Virus record (IMG/VR): IMGVR_UViG_3300021598_001257
Length of the DNA: 64,000 nucleotides
Strand: one strand, 5' to 3'
Source of the DNA: an uncultured virus (IMG/VR IMGVR_UViG_3300021598_001257)
Lineage: Duplodnaviria > Heunggongvirae > Uroviricota > Caudoviricetes
The notes beneath the pieces are model-generated. The model was not told the origin of the DNA, did no database searches, and worked only from the letters and a program-made list of their open reading frames with translations. This document shows, in pieces, positions 10,080 to 20,678 of this stretch. How positions within the stretch are numbered: the first letter of the stretch is position 1; every line of letters begins with the position of its first letter. Both the position numbers and the translations under genes were made by a program.

Positions 10080-10694
10080 TTACTTTTGTTTTTTTGAATC
10101 TTCCTTATCTTTATTTTTGTCTTCTGCACTGTCCTGTGCGGAAACAGGAGCCCAGTACTGAACTTGGAAGTCAACAGTAAACTCTTCAATTGTATCAGAA
10201 CTATCATAAGAAAGATCAATTGCAGAAACACTTGTTGGAAAAATATCAAAGAATTTGTAAGTTGCAGCATGAGAAAGGCCGCCGCCAGTAGGGCTGTTTT
10301 TACCGGCGGTGCTCTTAGATCTCTTAAACTGTTGTACGTATGCATCACACATGTAGTTTGCTGGGTTTGAAAAACCACTAGCATCACCATACTGTGCTAT
10401 AGTTTGCATCCACTTTTCCATAGCCTCACGAATTAGAAAATCTTCATCATTTATAATTGTGACAGTCCAAACATCGAATGTTCTGTCACCTGCAACCTTA
10501 AAGATTCTTCCTCTAAAAGGTACGTCAATGGAACCAACATTTGATGCCGGAAGTGCAGCAGCCTTACAGAGTAATTTGAAATTATCACCTAAAGTTATAT
10601 TGGATGGTGGAGTTGGAATAGTTACCTCGAATAGATTGGGCCTAGCGCCACCGCCTTTGAGTGCTGATTTGAAGTCCTGAATAGTGTTTGCCAT
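10080..10694 (-). CDS. gp19: Tail tube protein gp19 (start reassigned to MANTIQDF)
   Basis: GGGARPNLFEV, FRGR-K-AGDRTF-W and IEEFTVDF motifs; GGGGG upstream of the ATG at 10694. Confidence 0.95.
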   Translation of the reverse strand: MANTIQDFKSALKGGGARPNLFEVTIPTPPSNITLGDNFKLLCKAAALPASNVGSIDVPFRGRIFKVAGDRTFDVWTVTIINDEDFLIREAMEKWMQTIAQYGDASGFSNPANYMCDAYVQQFKRSKSTAGKNSPTGGGLSHAATYKFFDIFPTSVSAIDLSYDSSDTIEEFTVDFQVQYWAPVSAQDSAEDKNKDKEDSKKQK

Positions 10695-10728
10695 TTTTAG
10701 TTCCCCCCTAATTTTTGTTTTATTTAAA

Positions 10729-12930
10729 TCAAATAGTACCAGCAACTTCTTCAAAACTTACTCCAGTTCTTGTGGCAACGAAAGTAAGTGTTACATAGTT
10801 AATTGATTTTGCAGGTTTCAAGTAAATGTCTGCTCGGAATTCATTGTTATCAATAACATCAGGAGTATTGTTGGAAGTATCACAGACAACCAAGAATCCA
10901 TAAAGACCTCTCTTTGCCTGAACATCGCGAAGATAAGGATCGACAATGTTTCTAAAATTGGCTCTAGTAATTTCGTCGTTTAGTTCAAATAGTTGAGCCT
11001 CTGCACTTCTTTGGAGTGATTGTTCGATTGTCAGGAACAGACGACGAACATTGATCCTATCAAAAGCAGATGCATATCCTAAAGCAGTCCTATCTCCAAA
11101 AAGCAGAATACCAAGCCCAGGTTGATTAATAATGGAGTTAATTCTTTGTGGGTATAGTTGGTCTCTCTGCGCTTTATTTGGATTATATGCCAACTTAATT
11201 GCATTATTGAGGATTCCACGTTGTTGACCTGCAGGTGAGAACCAAGGATAGGCAACAATACTAGTTCTAACCATCAATCCAGCAACGTCTGCATTGCAGG
11301 GAATATATCTGAACTTATTGTTGAATCTATCAAAGGTGTACTTATATCCAGAATCAAATACTGCATAAGATGAAGAGGAAAGTGGTGAGAAGAACTCAAG
11401 AATATTATCTGTCTGAGTGTCTGTATTTGTAATGTCAACAACATCAGCACGATGTGGTGAAATTACTGTAACACAATCCTTTCTGGAGTTTGCAATTGAG
11501 ATGAGGTGGTTTGCTTTTGCTTGAGATTCAAACTTATTAGGCATTCCAGGACCCATAATCAAGTAATCAACTTGAATTTCGTCTCTATTTGAGAACAAAT
11601 TGTAAGTAGTAAATAAATCACCTAGGGTTGCTTGCATTCCTGTTCCATTGTCACCATAATCAGAACCACCGGTTAAGTTATAAGTAACATTTCCCAATGC
11701 ACTAAAAGTTATGCCTTGTGAGGGTTTATTCCAGAGACCCTCAGCATTTGTGAATTCGGTAAATGCTGTAGAGAATCCTGTTGCTACAACAGTCTCATTT
11801 ACATTTAACTCATCAGATGGGTTGTCTCCAACATAAACATAATTCGAGAATGTTGCAAGATACTCTTTCCACCAAATTTTCTGTGGAGCACTGACTGCAG
11901 ATACTGCATCAGATGCTTTTGAAAGACCGACATGCTTTTCTACCAAGTTTCCTTGGATTCCAGTAACAGTTCCAGTATCATCAACAATTACGATGTGAAT
12001 TTCATCACTCTTACCATTTCTATTTGTGGCATATTGTGATGTGCCTGGTTTTGGTGCAATTGAACTCCAATAAATCGCAGTATTTGACAATGATAAGGTT
12101 TGCTCGTTGTACCAATCTTTTATTGGTGCAGTTCCAGTGTTAATAGTTGTAGAAGTTGTAGCAACTCCAGCACTAGTAATCAGATTTACTGTTAGGTTTC
12201 CTCCACCAGTTGATGGTCTAAAAGATCTCAGGCGGGAATTTGGAGCGTAAGTTATTTGGGTATTTGTGCCATTTGTAGAAACCAGAGAAGTGATTTTTAC
12301 GTCAACAGTATCAGTTCCTACTCCAGTAATAATACCCTTCAAATATCCATTGAAAAGGGATGTCGTTCCAACACCAGCTGATGGTACATCAGTAAGAGTT
12401 GTGGTAACACCCATACCAACAGAAACTTGTCCAGCAAAATCAGAACCTACTTTAATAATTTGGTCTGCTTTGTCGTCAATAACACAAACTTTTAAATTAT
12501 TTGCCCAACGTCCTGGATTTTTTGCAGCAAAGATGTAGTTTGCAATATCATCTGCATAGTTTGCCTCATAATCATCAAAGTTTTTGATTTTTAGTGTTGG
12601 CTCACCTGCAGTAGAAACTCCAGCAACGTTGCGGATTGCATTCGCATTTACTAGGTTTGCACCATCCACTCTTGCTACCTTAAGAACACCACCATATGAA
12701 AGGAATGATGATGCACTCATCCAATATTCATATTGGGCATCGGTTGAAATTGGTTTTCCAAAGGTTTGAATTAATTCATTCTCTGTTGTAATATCAATTG
12801 CTTCTTCAACTGGACCAATTGCAAAAGGACCAGCAATTGCTCCGATATTATCTAATACATTATCAGCTCTTCCTACAGTTAGATCAACCTCCCTTACAAG
12901 TACGCCGGGAGATAATTGAGGAGTCGCCAT
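10729..12930 (-). CDS. gp18: Tail sheath protein gp18
   Basis: SPGVLVREVDLT, PWFSPAGQQRG and FDRINVRRLF motifs. Confidence 0.97.
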   Translation of the reverse strand: MATPQLSPGVLVREVDLTVGRADNVLDNIGAIAGPFAIGPVEEAIDITTENELIQTFGKPISTDAQYEYWMSASSFLSYGGVLKVARVDGANLVNANAIRNVAGVSTAGEPTLKIKNFDDYEANYADDIANYIFAAKNPGRWANNLKVCVIDDKADQIIKVGSDFAGQVSVGMGVTTTLTDVPSAGVGTTSLFNGYLKGIITGVGTDTVDVKITSLVSTNGTNTQITYAPNSRLRSFRPSTGGGNLTVNLITSAGVATTSTTINTGTAPIKDWYNEQTLSLSNTAIYWSSIAPKPGTSQYATNRNGKSDEIHIVIVDDTGTVTGIQGNLVEKHVGLSKASDAVSAVSAPQKIWWKEYLATFSNYVYVGDNPSDELNVNETVVATGFSTAFTEFTNAEGLWNKPSQGITFSALGNVTYNLTGGSDYGDNGTGMQATLGDLFTTYNLFSNRDEIQVDYLIMGPGMPNKFESQAKANHLISIANSRKDCVTVISPHRADVVDITNTDTQTDNILEFFSPLSSSSYAVFDSGYKYTFDRFNNKFRYIPCNADVAGLMVRTSIVAYPWFSPAGQQRGILNNAIKLAYNPNKAQRDQLYPQRINSIINQPGLGILLFGDRTALGYASAFDRINVRRLFLTIEQSLQRSAEAQLFELNDEITRANFRNIVDPYLRDVQAKRGLYGFLVVCDTSNNTPDVIDNNEFRADIYLKPAKSINYVTLTFVATRTGVSFEEVAGTI

Positions 12931-13013
12931 GTTTTTCTCCGTAATCTCAGTTAACTAAAAATTATTTATTAAAAACTTACTTTACGTGGGAGGAAACACG
13001 ACGTGAATAGCAA

Positions 13014-13262
13014 TCACCAGTCAGGATAATCAAACTCAGATGAATTCTTTATCGATTTTCTACCTTCAGATATTCTTTTTATGGTACATTCTTTGCATTC
13101 ATACGAATATGAGGATGCAACTGGGCCCCTATCTTTACGAGTTCTATAAAATTCTCCAATTAAATTTTTAATTTCGCCACAAACTCTACATTTTCTATCT
13201 GTTAGTAAAAGATGACCTAATCTTATCTGCTTATCTAGTTCCATTATGATAGATATTCCCAC
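13014..13262 (-). CDS. Small Zn-finger protein (CxxC...CxxC)
   Basis: CRVC and CKEC pairs; between gp17 and gp18. Confidence 0.7.
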   Translation of the reverse strand: MGISIIMELDKQIRLGHLLLTDRKCRVCGEIKNLIGEFYRTRKDRGPVASSYSYECKECTIKRISEGRKSIKNSSEFDYPDW

Positions 13263-14890
13263 ATATACGCACGATCGCCATATTCATCCACATACCATCT
13301 ATCACCATCACTGTCTGTAAAACTTGTTTCATCTAGTCCGTCATTAATAAAACCAAATGGTGACATATCCTGCTCTATCTGATTTTTTTGCTCCTCATAT
13401 AGTCTCTTTCTTACATCTTGGTCTGTAAGTTCTTTAAAATAATCTTGAGCTACTAACCAAGCATAAATTACTAAGCACATTGCCAAGTCATCGTTACATC
13501 CTTCTTCAGCCTCGAAAGAGTTGTGCTTCTGGATAAATGTTGTCAACTCCGAAATTATTTCATAGTCGTTAAGAAAAAGTTTACTCTCCTCAATCATTGT
13601 CTTTAGGTTTAGACATCCAACTTTTTTTACAGTTTTGGACATTTTAACTCCAAGTTGAGTTTTCTTTCCAGAAAATCCTTGACCAACAATTTGACCTGCT
13701 CTACCTCTCATAGAACACATGAGAAGATTATTGTATTCTAAGTCATATTGAAGAATGCTTGCTACCTGATCTCCAACGTCATTTACCTCACATAAAATAT
13801 ATGCATTATTATATGCTGTCGCCGCTTCGTGAATTATACTGGGGAAAAGCATAGGTTTAATTTCATTATTTCTATATTTTGCAACTACTTTGTGGGGGAA
13901 TTGTGTAATATCAATAATGGTAAACGCAGAGTAATCATTTCCAACACCTCTAGCAACGTCTACAGTAATGAGATAATCATGATTCTCCTCTGGGTCTACA
14001 TAAACATCTAGACCAGCACTACGGGTCTTGGGGGCATCGTAAACAAGGGTTCTAAGTTTAGATGGTGCAATTAGAGTATCGACAGAACCTAAGAATTCGC
14101 ATTCAAACTCAACCTTAAACTGTTGTTCTGATGTGTTTGCAATTGTTTGCTTTTTCCATTCCTCATCTCTTCCGGGAACTTCACTCCAATGAACGTCTGT
14201 AAAGACATATTCGTTCTTACCCTTTTCCGCATCATGCCACATTCGGTAAAAATGATTCATACCATGTGGAGTAGAAACAATTATAACTTTAGTTTGTTTA
14301 CCTGAAGTAATTGTTGGATAAACTGACGCAAAGAATGAGTCTGCGATATGATTTGGAACGAAAGCAAATTCGTCCAAAAATAGGATATTGAATGACATAC
14401 CACGAACTGCAGAAGCAGAAGTAGAAGCAGCCAAGATTTTACTTCCATTTTCCAATTCCAAAGAACCTTTGTTCCAAGATATAATTCCTTGCTGCATCCA
14501 TTTTGGTAGATTTTCATAAGCGGTTTGTAATCTATCTAATAGTTCCCGTGCCGTTGCTGCTTTGTTTGCAAGAATACCAATATTAACATTATCATTAAAT
14601 ACTGCATAATGTAGTAAAAATGATACTACAGTTGTAGATTTGCCCGTCTGGCGAGGCATCTTGCATATATTGAATCTATGATTGTGAAAGTTATTGATTA
14701 ACTTTTCTTGGAAATGATATGGTTTAAATGTTTGAAGACCATGATCCAGAGTTACAATCTTTACATAATTATTTGCAAAGTAAACGGGATCATCCTTACA
14801 TCTCATAAACTCAAGAATTTGTTCTTGAGTAAACTCAATTGGGGTATTTGCTTTTTTTAAAAGTGGATTGCCAAGATAAACATCAGACAT
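13244..14890 (-). CDS. gp17: Terminase large subunit gp17
   Basis: Walker A PRQTGKST, Walker B LDEFAF, STPHG, nuclease DVARG and DDLAM. Confidence 0.97.
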   Translation of the reverse strand: MSDVYLGNPLLKKANTPIEFTQEQILEFMRCKDDPVYFANNYVKIVTLDHGLQTFKPYHFQEKLINNFHNHRFNICKMPRQTGKSTTVVSFLLHYAVFNDNVNIGILANKAATARELLDRLQTAYENLPKWMQQGIISWNKGSLELENGSKILAASTSASAVRGMSFNILFLDEFAFVPNHIADSFFASVYPTITSGKQTKVIIVSTPHGMNHFYRMWHDAEKGKNEYVFTDVHWSEVPGRDEEWKKQTIANTSEQQFKVEFECEFLGSVDTLIAPSKLRTLVYDAPKTRSAGLDVYVDPEENHDYLITVDVARGVGNDYSAFTIIDITQFPHKVVAKYRNNEIKPMLFPSIIHEAATAYNNAYILCEVNDVGDQVASILQYDLEYNNLLMCSMRGRAGQIVGQGFSGKKTQLGVKMSKTVKKVGCLNLKTMIEESKLFLNDYEIISELTTFIQKHNSFEAEEGCNDDLAMCLVIYAWLVAQDYFKELTDQDVRKRLYEEQKNQIEQDMSPFGFINDGLDETSFTDSDGDRWYVDEYGDRAYMWEYLS

Positions 14891-14906
14891 AATAAAAACC
14901 TACTTA

Positions 14907-16754
14907 TTAGTTACAATTCCAACGGCGAAGTGCTTTATTAATATTGCTATCTGGATCTCTTGCAGTTTCTGCAGAAGTTAGTTTTGATTTCATTCCTTTC
15001 ATTCGACGACAAAATGAAGCACGACGTTTCGCTCTTTTTCCTTCTGGATTTTTTTCAGTTACTGCAGTTTGAAGTTTTGAACCGGGGTTCTCTCTACGAT
15101 ATGCTTTAACTGCCGCTGAACTTAATCCATCAGTTTTATCTTTACGGTTGACTGATTGCCAATCTTCACCAATTTCAACTTCTTCTCCCATTGTCTTTAC
15201 ATAATTCTTATTTGAACCTAACTTTGCGGAACTGCCGCCCTGGGAACTAAAAGTTTGAATAAGTGGTTGTCCTGGTTGAATTTCAGAAACCGAATGGTAT
15301 ACGACTATTGAACCTGGATAAACTTTTTGAATCTCATCGTTGATTTCTTTTCTGGAAGGTGTCTTTACTTGTGGGAAGAACATCTTGAGAGAATAATATT
15401 TTCCTCTCCATGAAAGAGTTACCGCGATGACATTTCCAGTCTGTGCTTGCAGTCTTGTTGCTTCGCTCATTTGAGATTTAAAACCTTTGATTGGTTCTGG
15501 TTTGATTACGTCAACTACTTCCGCAAAAGTATTTCCGTTTAAGTCTTCTATTGTTTGTTCTGGCACACAATTTGGAACTGTTTTTTTGCCCTTTTTCTTC
15601 ATTCCAACTTGCTTATATCCGGACCAACACGCCTCATCAACTTCACTTTCTCCGCCATCAAGATAGTCTGCTGCAGTATCAATATAGTCTGCTGCTTTAG
15701 TGATTTTTGACTGAACCCATGCCTCTAAATTACCTTCACCTTTTCCAACTTTTGCTCGCAATCTTTTTACGGCATTTTCGATAGTTTGAAGTTCGCCGCG
15801 AACCATTGAATATTCTTCATCTTTTGATTCGGGTATAGTAGGCATAGTTATATTATAGTCTTTTTTTCCAGAAACCACTTCTGAAGGTAATGAAAACATA
15901 TCCCAGTATTTTTGTCCGTATTTACACTCATCTCTAGACTCAACTTTTTCGCATTTAGGACAATATCTTCCTGGATTTTCTCTAATTGGTCCATCCCACT
16001 CATAATTTAAAGCATCCGTACTTTCTGATTTAGTTCCCCAGTTGTCAGCACCAACCTTACGGCATTTAACCAAAGCACCTGATGCATACGCACTTGGCCA
16101 AACACTATATCTAGACTTTACTTTATGGTAGCAAGCATCTTTAGTTCCGCTACCTTTACCTTTTTTATCTTTTGCTTCTTGTATATCCATTTCTTCTTTG
16201 ATTTTCTTTCTAGGTGAATCTGTAGAAACATAAGTTGGTTTTGCAGCACCTGATTTCTCTTGTTGACCAGAATCTGCTACCTTTTTTCTTCTTGATGCGG
16301 AACGTCTTTCTGCAGGAGTCATGCTTGCTCTTTTAGAAGAAGACACACATTTTGGAACTCCTTCTCCCTGTTCATCACTTGCACATGTTCCACCTGTAAC
16401 TACATTTACCCAACCAGATTTACCATCCTTTGATTTTGATTTACCAAACCAATCGCGAAGACCCTCTTCTTTTACAGTATCTTCATATGCAATTCTTTTT
16501 TTGCTATGTTCAATTTCTCCTTTTTGCTTAGCAATCAATTTCCTTGACCAAGCGCCAACATTAATATCTTTTGGATTTTCATCTGGCATTCTCTTTTTGG
16601 GATTGTCGAAAACATCGACATCACCATCAGCATCACGATCAACATATTGAACAGCAGCGTGATGCACTAACTGTTTAAGATCAAGATTAGGATCTAACTG
16701 ATGTTGTTTTGCCTTTAAATGTGGCGTTTTGTGGGAAAATTTTGGATATTTCAT
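14907..16754 (-). CDS. Modular basic protein (615 aa); putative protease-processed internal head polyprotein
   Basis: String of short K/R/C-rich modules (e.g. WPSAYASG, RRASFCRRM...ALRRWNC) separated by (I/V/M)-x-E motifs; lies between gp16 and gp17. Confidence 0.6.
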   Translation of the reverse strand: MKYPKFSHKTPHLKAKQHQLDPNLDLKQLVHHAAVQYVDRDADGDVDVFDNPKKRMPDENPKDINVGAWSRKLIAKQKGEIEHSKKRIAYEDTVKEEGLRDWFGKSKSKDGKSGWVNVVTGGTCASDEQGEGVPKCVSSSKRASMTPAERRSASRRKKVADSGQQEKSGAAKPTYVSTDSPRKKIKEEMDIQEAKDKKGKGSGTKDACYHKVKSRYSVWPSAYASGALVKCRKVGADNWGTKSESTDALNYEWDGPIRENPGRYCPKCEKVESRDECKYGQKYWDMFSLPSEVVSGKKDYNITMPTIPESKDEEYSMVRGELQTIENAVKRLRAKVGKGEGNLEAWVQSKITKAADYIDTAADYLDGGESEVDEACWSGYKQVGMKKKGKKTVPNCVPEQTIEDLNGNTFAEVVDVIKPEPIKGFKSQMSEATRLQAQTGNVIAVTLSWRGKYYSLKMFFPQVKTPSRKEINDEIQKVYPGSIVVYHSVSEIQPGQPLIQTFSSQGGSSAKLGSNKNYVKTMGEEVEIGEDWQSVNRKDKTDGLSSAAVKAYRRENPGSKLQTAVTEKNPEGKRAKRRASFCRRMKGMKSKLTSAETARDPDSNINKALRRWNCN

Positions 16755-16906
16755 TCAACTGGTTTTGATTTAGTCTCCTCACCTTTTGCTCTTTTCTTTC
16801 TCGCCGCACAGTGAGCACGTTGAGAAAATCCTTTTGGACTAGAGCAATCAATACTCTTTTTATATTTATCGCTCCAGTCTTCTTGAAACTGTTTAAATGT
16901 CTTCAT
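16751..16906 (-). CDS. Small basic protein (51 aa) with capsid-targeting-like N-terminus; not in the ORF track
   Basis: Manual translation MKTFKQFQEDWSDKYKKSIDCSSPKGFSQRAHCAARKKRAKGEETKSKPVE; overlaps the gp16 end and has an ATGA overlap with the 615-aa ORF. Confidence 0.75.
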   Translation of the reverse strand: MKTFKQFQEDWSDKYKKSIDCSSPKGFSQRAHCAARKKRAKGEETKSKPVE

Positions 16907-17327
16907 TTTGAGTTTGCTGCTTTAAAAGTTTTGCTAACTCGGCAGTAGATCCAACAAAAAGAGCGTTGTTAACTGTAGTGGGTCCTTTACCAACCTTTTC
17001 TTCTTCAATATCTTTGAGTTTCTTTTGAAGATCCATTAACTTATCCGTAGCATCCGCGACATTCTTAATCAGTTGTCCGGCAACCTCATAAGCTCTTGGC
17101 ATTTCACTTTCTTGAGCCAATTCTAAAATTCCGTTAATTGCCTCTTGACCTTTTTCTATAATAGAATAAAGATTTCCTCTTGTATATTCATAATCTTTTT
17201 TAACATCATCCATTGCTGAGGATATCTTCTCAAATTTTTCAATTTCGGATTTATTGTCGATAGGAACTATTTCCCCATCTACATTAAAAGCATCATTTAA
17301 CTTATCGAATTTTTTTGTCATTTTCAT
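16893..17327 (-). CDS. gp16: Terminase small subunit gp16
   Basis: DYEYTR-NL, PRAYEVAGQL and NNALFVGST motifs. Confidence 0.92.
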   Translation of the reverse strand: MKMTKKFDKLNDAFNVDGEIVPIDNKSEIEKFEKISSAMDDVKKDYEYTRGNLYSIIEKGQEAINGILELAQESEMPRAYEVAGQLIKNVADATDKLMDLQKKLKDIEEEKVGKGPTTVNNALFVGSTAELAKLLKQQTQNEDI

Positions 17328-18325
17328 GCTATACTACCACTAAATCCAAAATCATCACCTTGCTCTATTAGATCATCATCTGCGGCAGTAATTGATTTTA
17401 CTGGAGCACCTGCCAAGTGAGAAGTTATGGTTGTATTATCCTTACCCCTTTCAACAGTTATTGTGTTACCGGACTTAGACTTAATGTATAACTCCTCACC
17501 CTCAAGATCGATATAAGTATCGACGGTAATTGTAGATGCATTATTTACTTCAATAACAAGGTCCTCAACTCCAATATCGTTGGTTATGTTTGTTAGAACA
17601 ATTCCAGTATAATTTTTGATCGCTCTAGGTTCGGCAGAATACACCACATCTCTAGATGGAGTTGTTGTATATCCTCCAGCAACATATCCAACCGAAGATT
17701 TTTTGATAATATCCCTGGTTGCAGAAGAAAGTGGTCCGAAGAGATAAGTTTTTGCGGTGAATCTTAGAGTATAAATTAAAACTCTTCTTGTATTAAAATC
17801 TCCCTCATAATCATCTTGCATTGTGATATTCTCAAGAACTACTGGAATATCCCTCTTTTCATTAATAGTATCAACCAAATTAACTGTCATAGTATATGCT
17901 GGTTGAAAGTATGGTAGAATTTGTTCTACAATTTGAAGAGCATCATCATTAAGTTTTGACATAATACTCAATTCAAATTGCATATTATATGGAACTGGTA
18001 AATATCCCTTTTTAATTTCACTACCATCCTGTGTAGACTTCTCTGTAAAATATTGAGTTGTTGTTGATTTTCTACTTGAATCGTATGTCAGGCCAGTAAA
18101 TTCAAAAGACATTCTGGGTAATGTAATTTGAACCGGTTTATTTAAATTTGGCGATTGATTTAATCTTGCTAGAAACTTTTGGGTTGGGCCATATGCCAGA
18201 GGAACTTTAATTATACTGACTACTTGATCCGAATTATTTGTATGCCTGATTTCTATATTATTAAATAAAGAACCAAAAGAAACAACAGTTCTTCTTAATA
18301 TTTCGTGGTAAAAGTATTCAAACAT
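17324..18325 (-). CDS. gp15: Tail sheath stabilizer/completion protein gp15
   Basis: FGSLFNNI, VPLAYGP-QKFL, LPRMSFE and QIVEQILPYFQP motifs. Confidence 0.93.
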   Translation of the reverse strand: MFEYFYHEILRRTVVSFGSLFNNIEIRHTNNSDQVVSIIKVPLAYGPTQKFLARLNQSPNLNKPVQITLPRMSFEFTGLTYDSSRKSTTTQYFTEKSTQDGSEIKKGYLPVPYNMQFELSIMSKLNDDALQIVEQILPYFQPAYTMTVNLVDTINEKRDIPVVLENITMQDDYEGDFNTRRVLIYTLRFTAKTYLFGPLSSATRDIIKKSSVGYVAGGYTTTPSRDVVYSAEPRAIKNYTGIVLTNITNDIGVEDLVIEVNNASTITVDTYIDLEGEELYIKSKSGNTITVERGKDNTTITSHLAGAPVKSITAADDDLIEQGDDFGFSGSIA

Positions 18326-18372
18326 GACACTAATTTATTGTATTACTATTTAACAATTCTATTGAAGACTAT

Positions 18373-19788
18373 TTATGGCATACCAAATGGATTTACTTCG
18401 CTAAAATCTATTATTTGATCTGCTTCATCTTCAATTTCATTATTTGCAGCGTAACCATCATCTGCAATTCTGACATAATCATCAACGGTTTTTAAGTAGT
18501 ATGATGCGCTGGATGCGGCCCCAACTATATTTTCTCCAACTACAAATTTACCAGTAATCTGAGATACTTGAAGAACTCTAGTAATTGAGTTCCACGATTT
18601 CACTCTTGCAGTTGTGCTGCTTGATGAACCAACAACAACTTCGTTTAAAACAAAGTTTCCGGAAGATGTTAAAATTGGATTACCTATCGTGATTGTGGGT
18701 GCAACAGTATATCCAGCTCCCGCATTAGTAATACGAATTGAAGTAATTGAACCACCTGCCGAAACAACGGCTGTTGCTGCTGCAGATACTGTAGAAACCC
18801 CCGTAAAAGTAATAGTCGGTGGGGTTACATATCCAGAACCACTATTAGTTACAGTAATTACTCCAACTACACCATTTCCTATGGATGCAATACCAGTAGA
18901 TCCTTTACCTCCCCCACCAATAAATCTAACTCCGGGTGCAACTGTATACCCAAATCCTGGGTTTGTAATTTCAACACTTTGAACTGATGATGTATTTGGG
19001 GAAACATTCTGATTGCACACAACAATATTATCAATCATTATTGCAATTGCCGATGCAGTTCTTCCTGATGGTGATGATGATATTCCAACAGTTGGGGTAC
19101 TAGTATATCCCCCCCCTCTGTTAGTAACTTGAATATATCTAACTCCACCATTAACTACTGATGCCAATGCGGTTGCAGTGGCTCCTGCACCAACCATTGT
19201 TAAATTAAACACATTTCCAATAGGATTTTTATCACCATCAACTGAATCAGTGCCACTAACAAGATCGTCTATTTCATCAATATCAGTGTCAATAAGTTCA
19301 TCCTCATATCTAAACAGTTCGCACTTAAGTTGATATGTATAAAGACCTTGAAGTTGATAAAATGGTTTTTCGTGCTCTACAAATTTAATTTCAAATAATC
19401 TATTACCAAGAGGAAAATAAATTAAATCACCCTCTTTTGGTCTTGATGATAATTTGATATTTGTTTGGTTTTGAATAAGTGGCGAAATATAGTTTTTAAA
19501 TCTTTCTCTAGATATAATTAAATTAATCTCGTTTAGAGATTGAATTCCAAACTTTGAAAGAATAGTCGTATTATCACCATATCCTTCATAGTTGTCTATG
19601 TAAGCCTCTATTGGATATGCATTATTAAATTCTGATTCTATAACTTCTCTAATGACAGTTTTTTCTGTGATAAAACTTCTTGGAATATAGTGAACGTCAA
19701 TTCCATACATTCTAAGTTGTTCGTTAATCAAATCTTGAATAAGTCCTTGCTCCGATTTTGAGCCTTGTTGAAAAAATGGGTTTAACAT
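18373..19788 (-). CDS. gp14: Neck protein gp14 with inserted GxGY beta-repeats
   Basis: LSKFG, RPKEGDLIYFP, FVEHEKPFYQL and C-terminal DFSE-NPFG motifs. Confidence 0.9.
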   Translation of the reverse strand: MLNPFFQQGSKSEQGLIQDLINEQLRMYGIDVHYIPRSFITEKTVIREVIESEFNNAYPIEAYIDNYEGYGDNTTILSKFGIQSLNEINLIISRERFKNYISPLIQNQTNIKLSSRPKEGDLIYFPLGNRLFEIKFVEHEKPFYQLQGLYTYQLKCELFRYEDELIDTDIDEIDDLVSGTDSVDGDKNPIGNVFNLTMVGAGATATALASVVNGGVRYIQVTNRGGGYTSTPTVGISSSPSGRTASAIAIMIDNIVVCNQNVSPNTSSVQSVEITNPGFGYTVAPGVRFIGGGGKGSTGIASIGNGVVGVITVTNSGSGYVTPPTITFTGVSTVSAAATAVVSAGGSITSIRITNAGAGYTVAPTITIGNPILTSSGNFVLNEVVVGSSSSTTARVKSWNSITRVLQVSQITGKFVVGENIVGAASSASYYLKTVDDYVRIADDGYAANNEIEDEADQIIDFSEVNPFGMP

Positions 19789-19791
19789 ATC

Positions 19792-20646
19792 TTATCCAAT
19801 CATATCAAATGGGGGAAGTTCGTATGTATTCGACATTTTTTCCATCAAAATATCAATTTCTCTTTGGGCATCTTCATACATCTGTCTTCCATTCAATTCG
19901 ACTCCACCTGGGAGCTTAACGCCAGTAAATTTCATCATATTTTGACCCCACTGTTTTTTAATTAATGAGGTTAGGTATGGTTTTAAGAAAGAATCATTCC
20001 AAACTCTTGAATAATCATTTGGATCTAAAGTTGAGTAACAATCAATAATGATAAACTCACCTTCTCTAACCGATGACCAATCAATATCTAAATATAATCT
20101 ATCTTGCCTTTTGTTGAATCTTATTTGCTTCTGAGTGTTTAGTAAAAAATCCAAGTCTTCCAAGTAAGTTTTAACCATTGCATAACTTAATAACTCAACT
20201 GCACCCCAATAATAAACATCGTTTAAAAATAATTGATATTTCACACTAAACATATTGTTAGTTATAGTGTTTGCACCATCAAAAGTAAAAATTTTATTAA
20301 TACCAATTACATTGGGTGGAACTTGAAGATAATTGCTATTTTCATAATAATTGAAAGTTGCTGAAGTTCCCGAAATATTTGTTGTTACACTAGTGCTTGC
20401 TATACCAACACCATTTTCTATTCCACCAGAGTGACCTGCCCTTCCTCTATCTATGTCATTTTGAGTTAATTTGTATTTGTAAAAAGTTGGATATACTCCA
20501 TCAAAATGTCTTTCTTGAAAAAACTGAATTGCATCATCAACTAAATCTTCAATTTGCTCATCAGCAACATTAATCTCTAAAACTGGCGCTCCCAGTTTTC
20601 TTTTACAATAATCTATCAATTCTTGTCTGGTAGATGGTTGCGCCAT
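19792..20646 (-). CDS. gp13: Neck protein gp13
   Basis: LGAPVLEINV and KKQWGQN--KF-G--LPGGV-LNG motifs. Confidence 0.93.
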   Translation of the reverse strand: MAQPSTRQELIDYCKRKLGAPVLEINVADEQIEDLVDDAIQFFQERHFDGVYPTFYKYKLTQNDIDRGRAGHSGGIENGVGIASTSVTTNISGTSATFNYYENSNYLQVPPNVIGINKIFTFDGANTITNNMFSVKYQLFLNDVYYWGAVELLSYAMVKTYLEDLDFLLNTQKQIRFNKRQDRLYLDIDWSSVREGEFIIIDCYSTLDPNDYSRVWNDSFLKPYLTSLIKKQWGQNMMKFTGVKLPGGVELNGRQMYEDAQREIDILMEKMSNTYELPPFDMIG

Positions 20647-20678
20647 TATTCAATCTTTTTTAAATATTTATGAATGTC

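Noticed and set aside
10695..10754. N-terminal extension of gp19 in the ORF track
   Set aside because: It overlaps the end of gp18; the ATG at 10694 has a Shine-Dalgarno-like run and the typical N-terminus.
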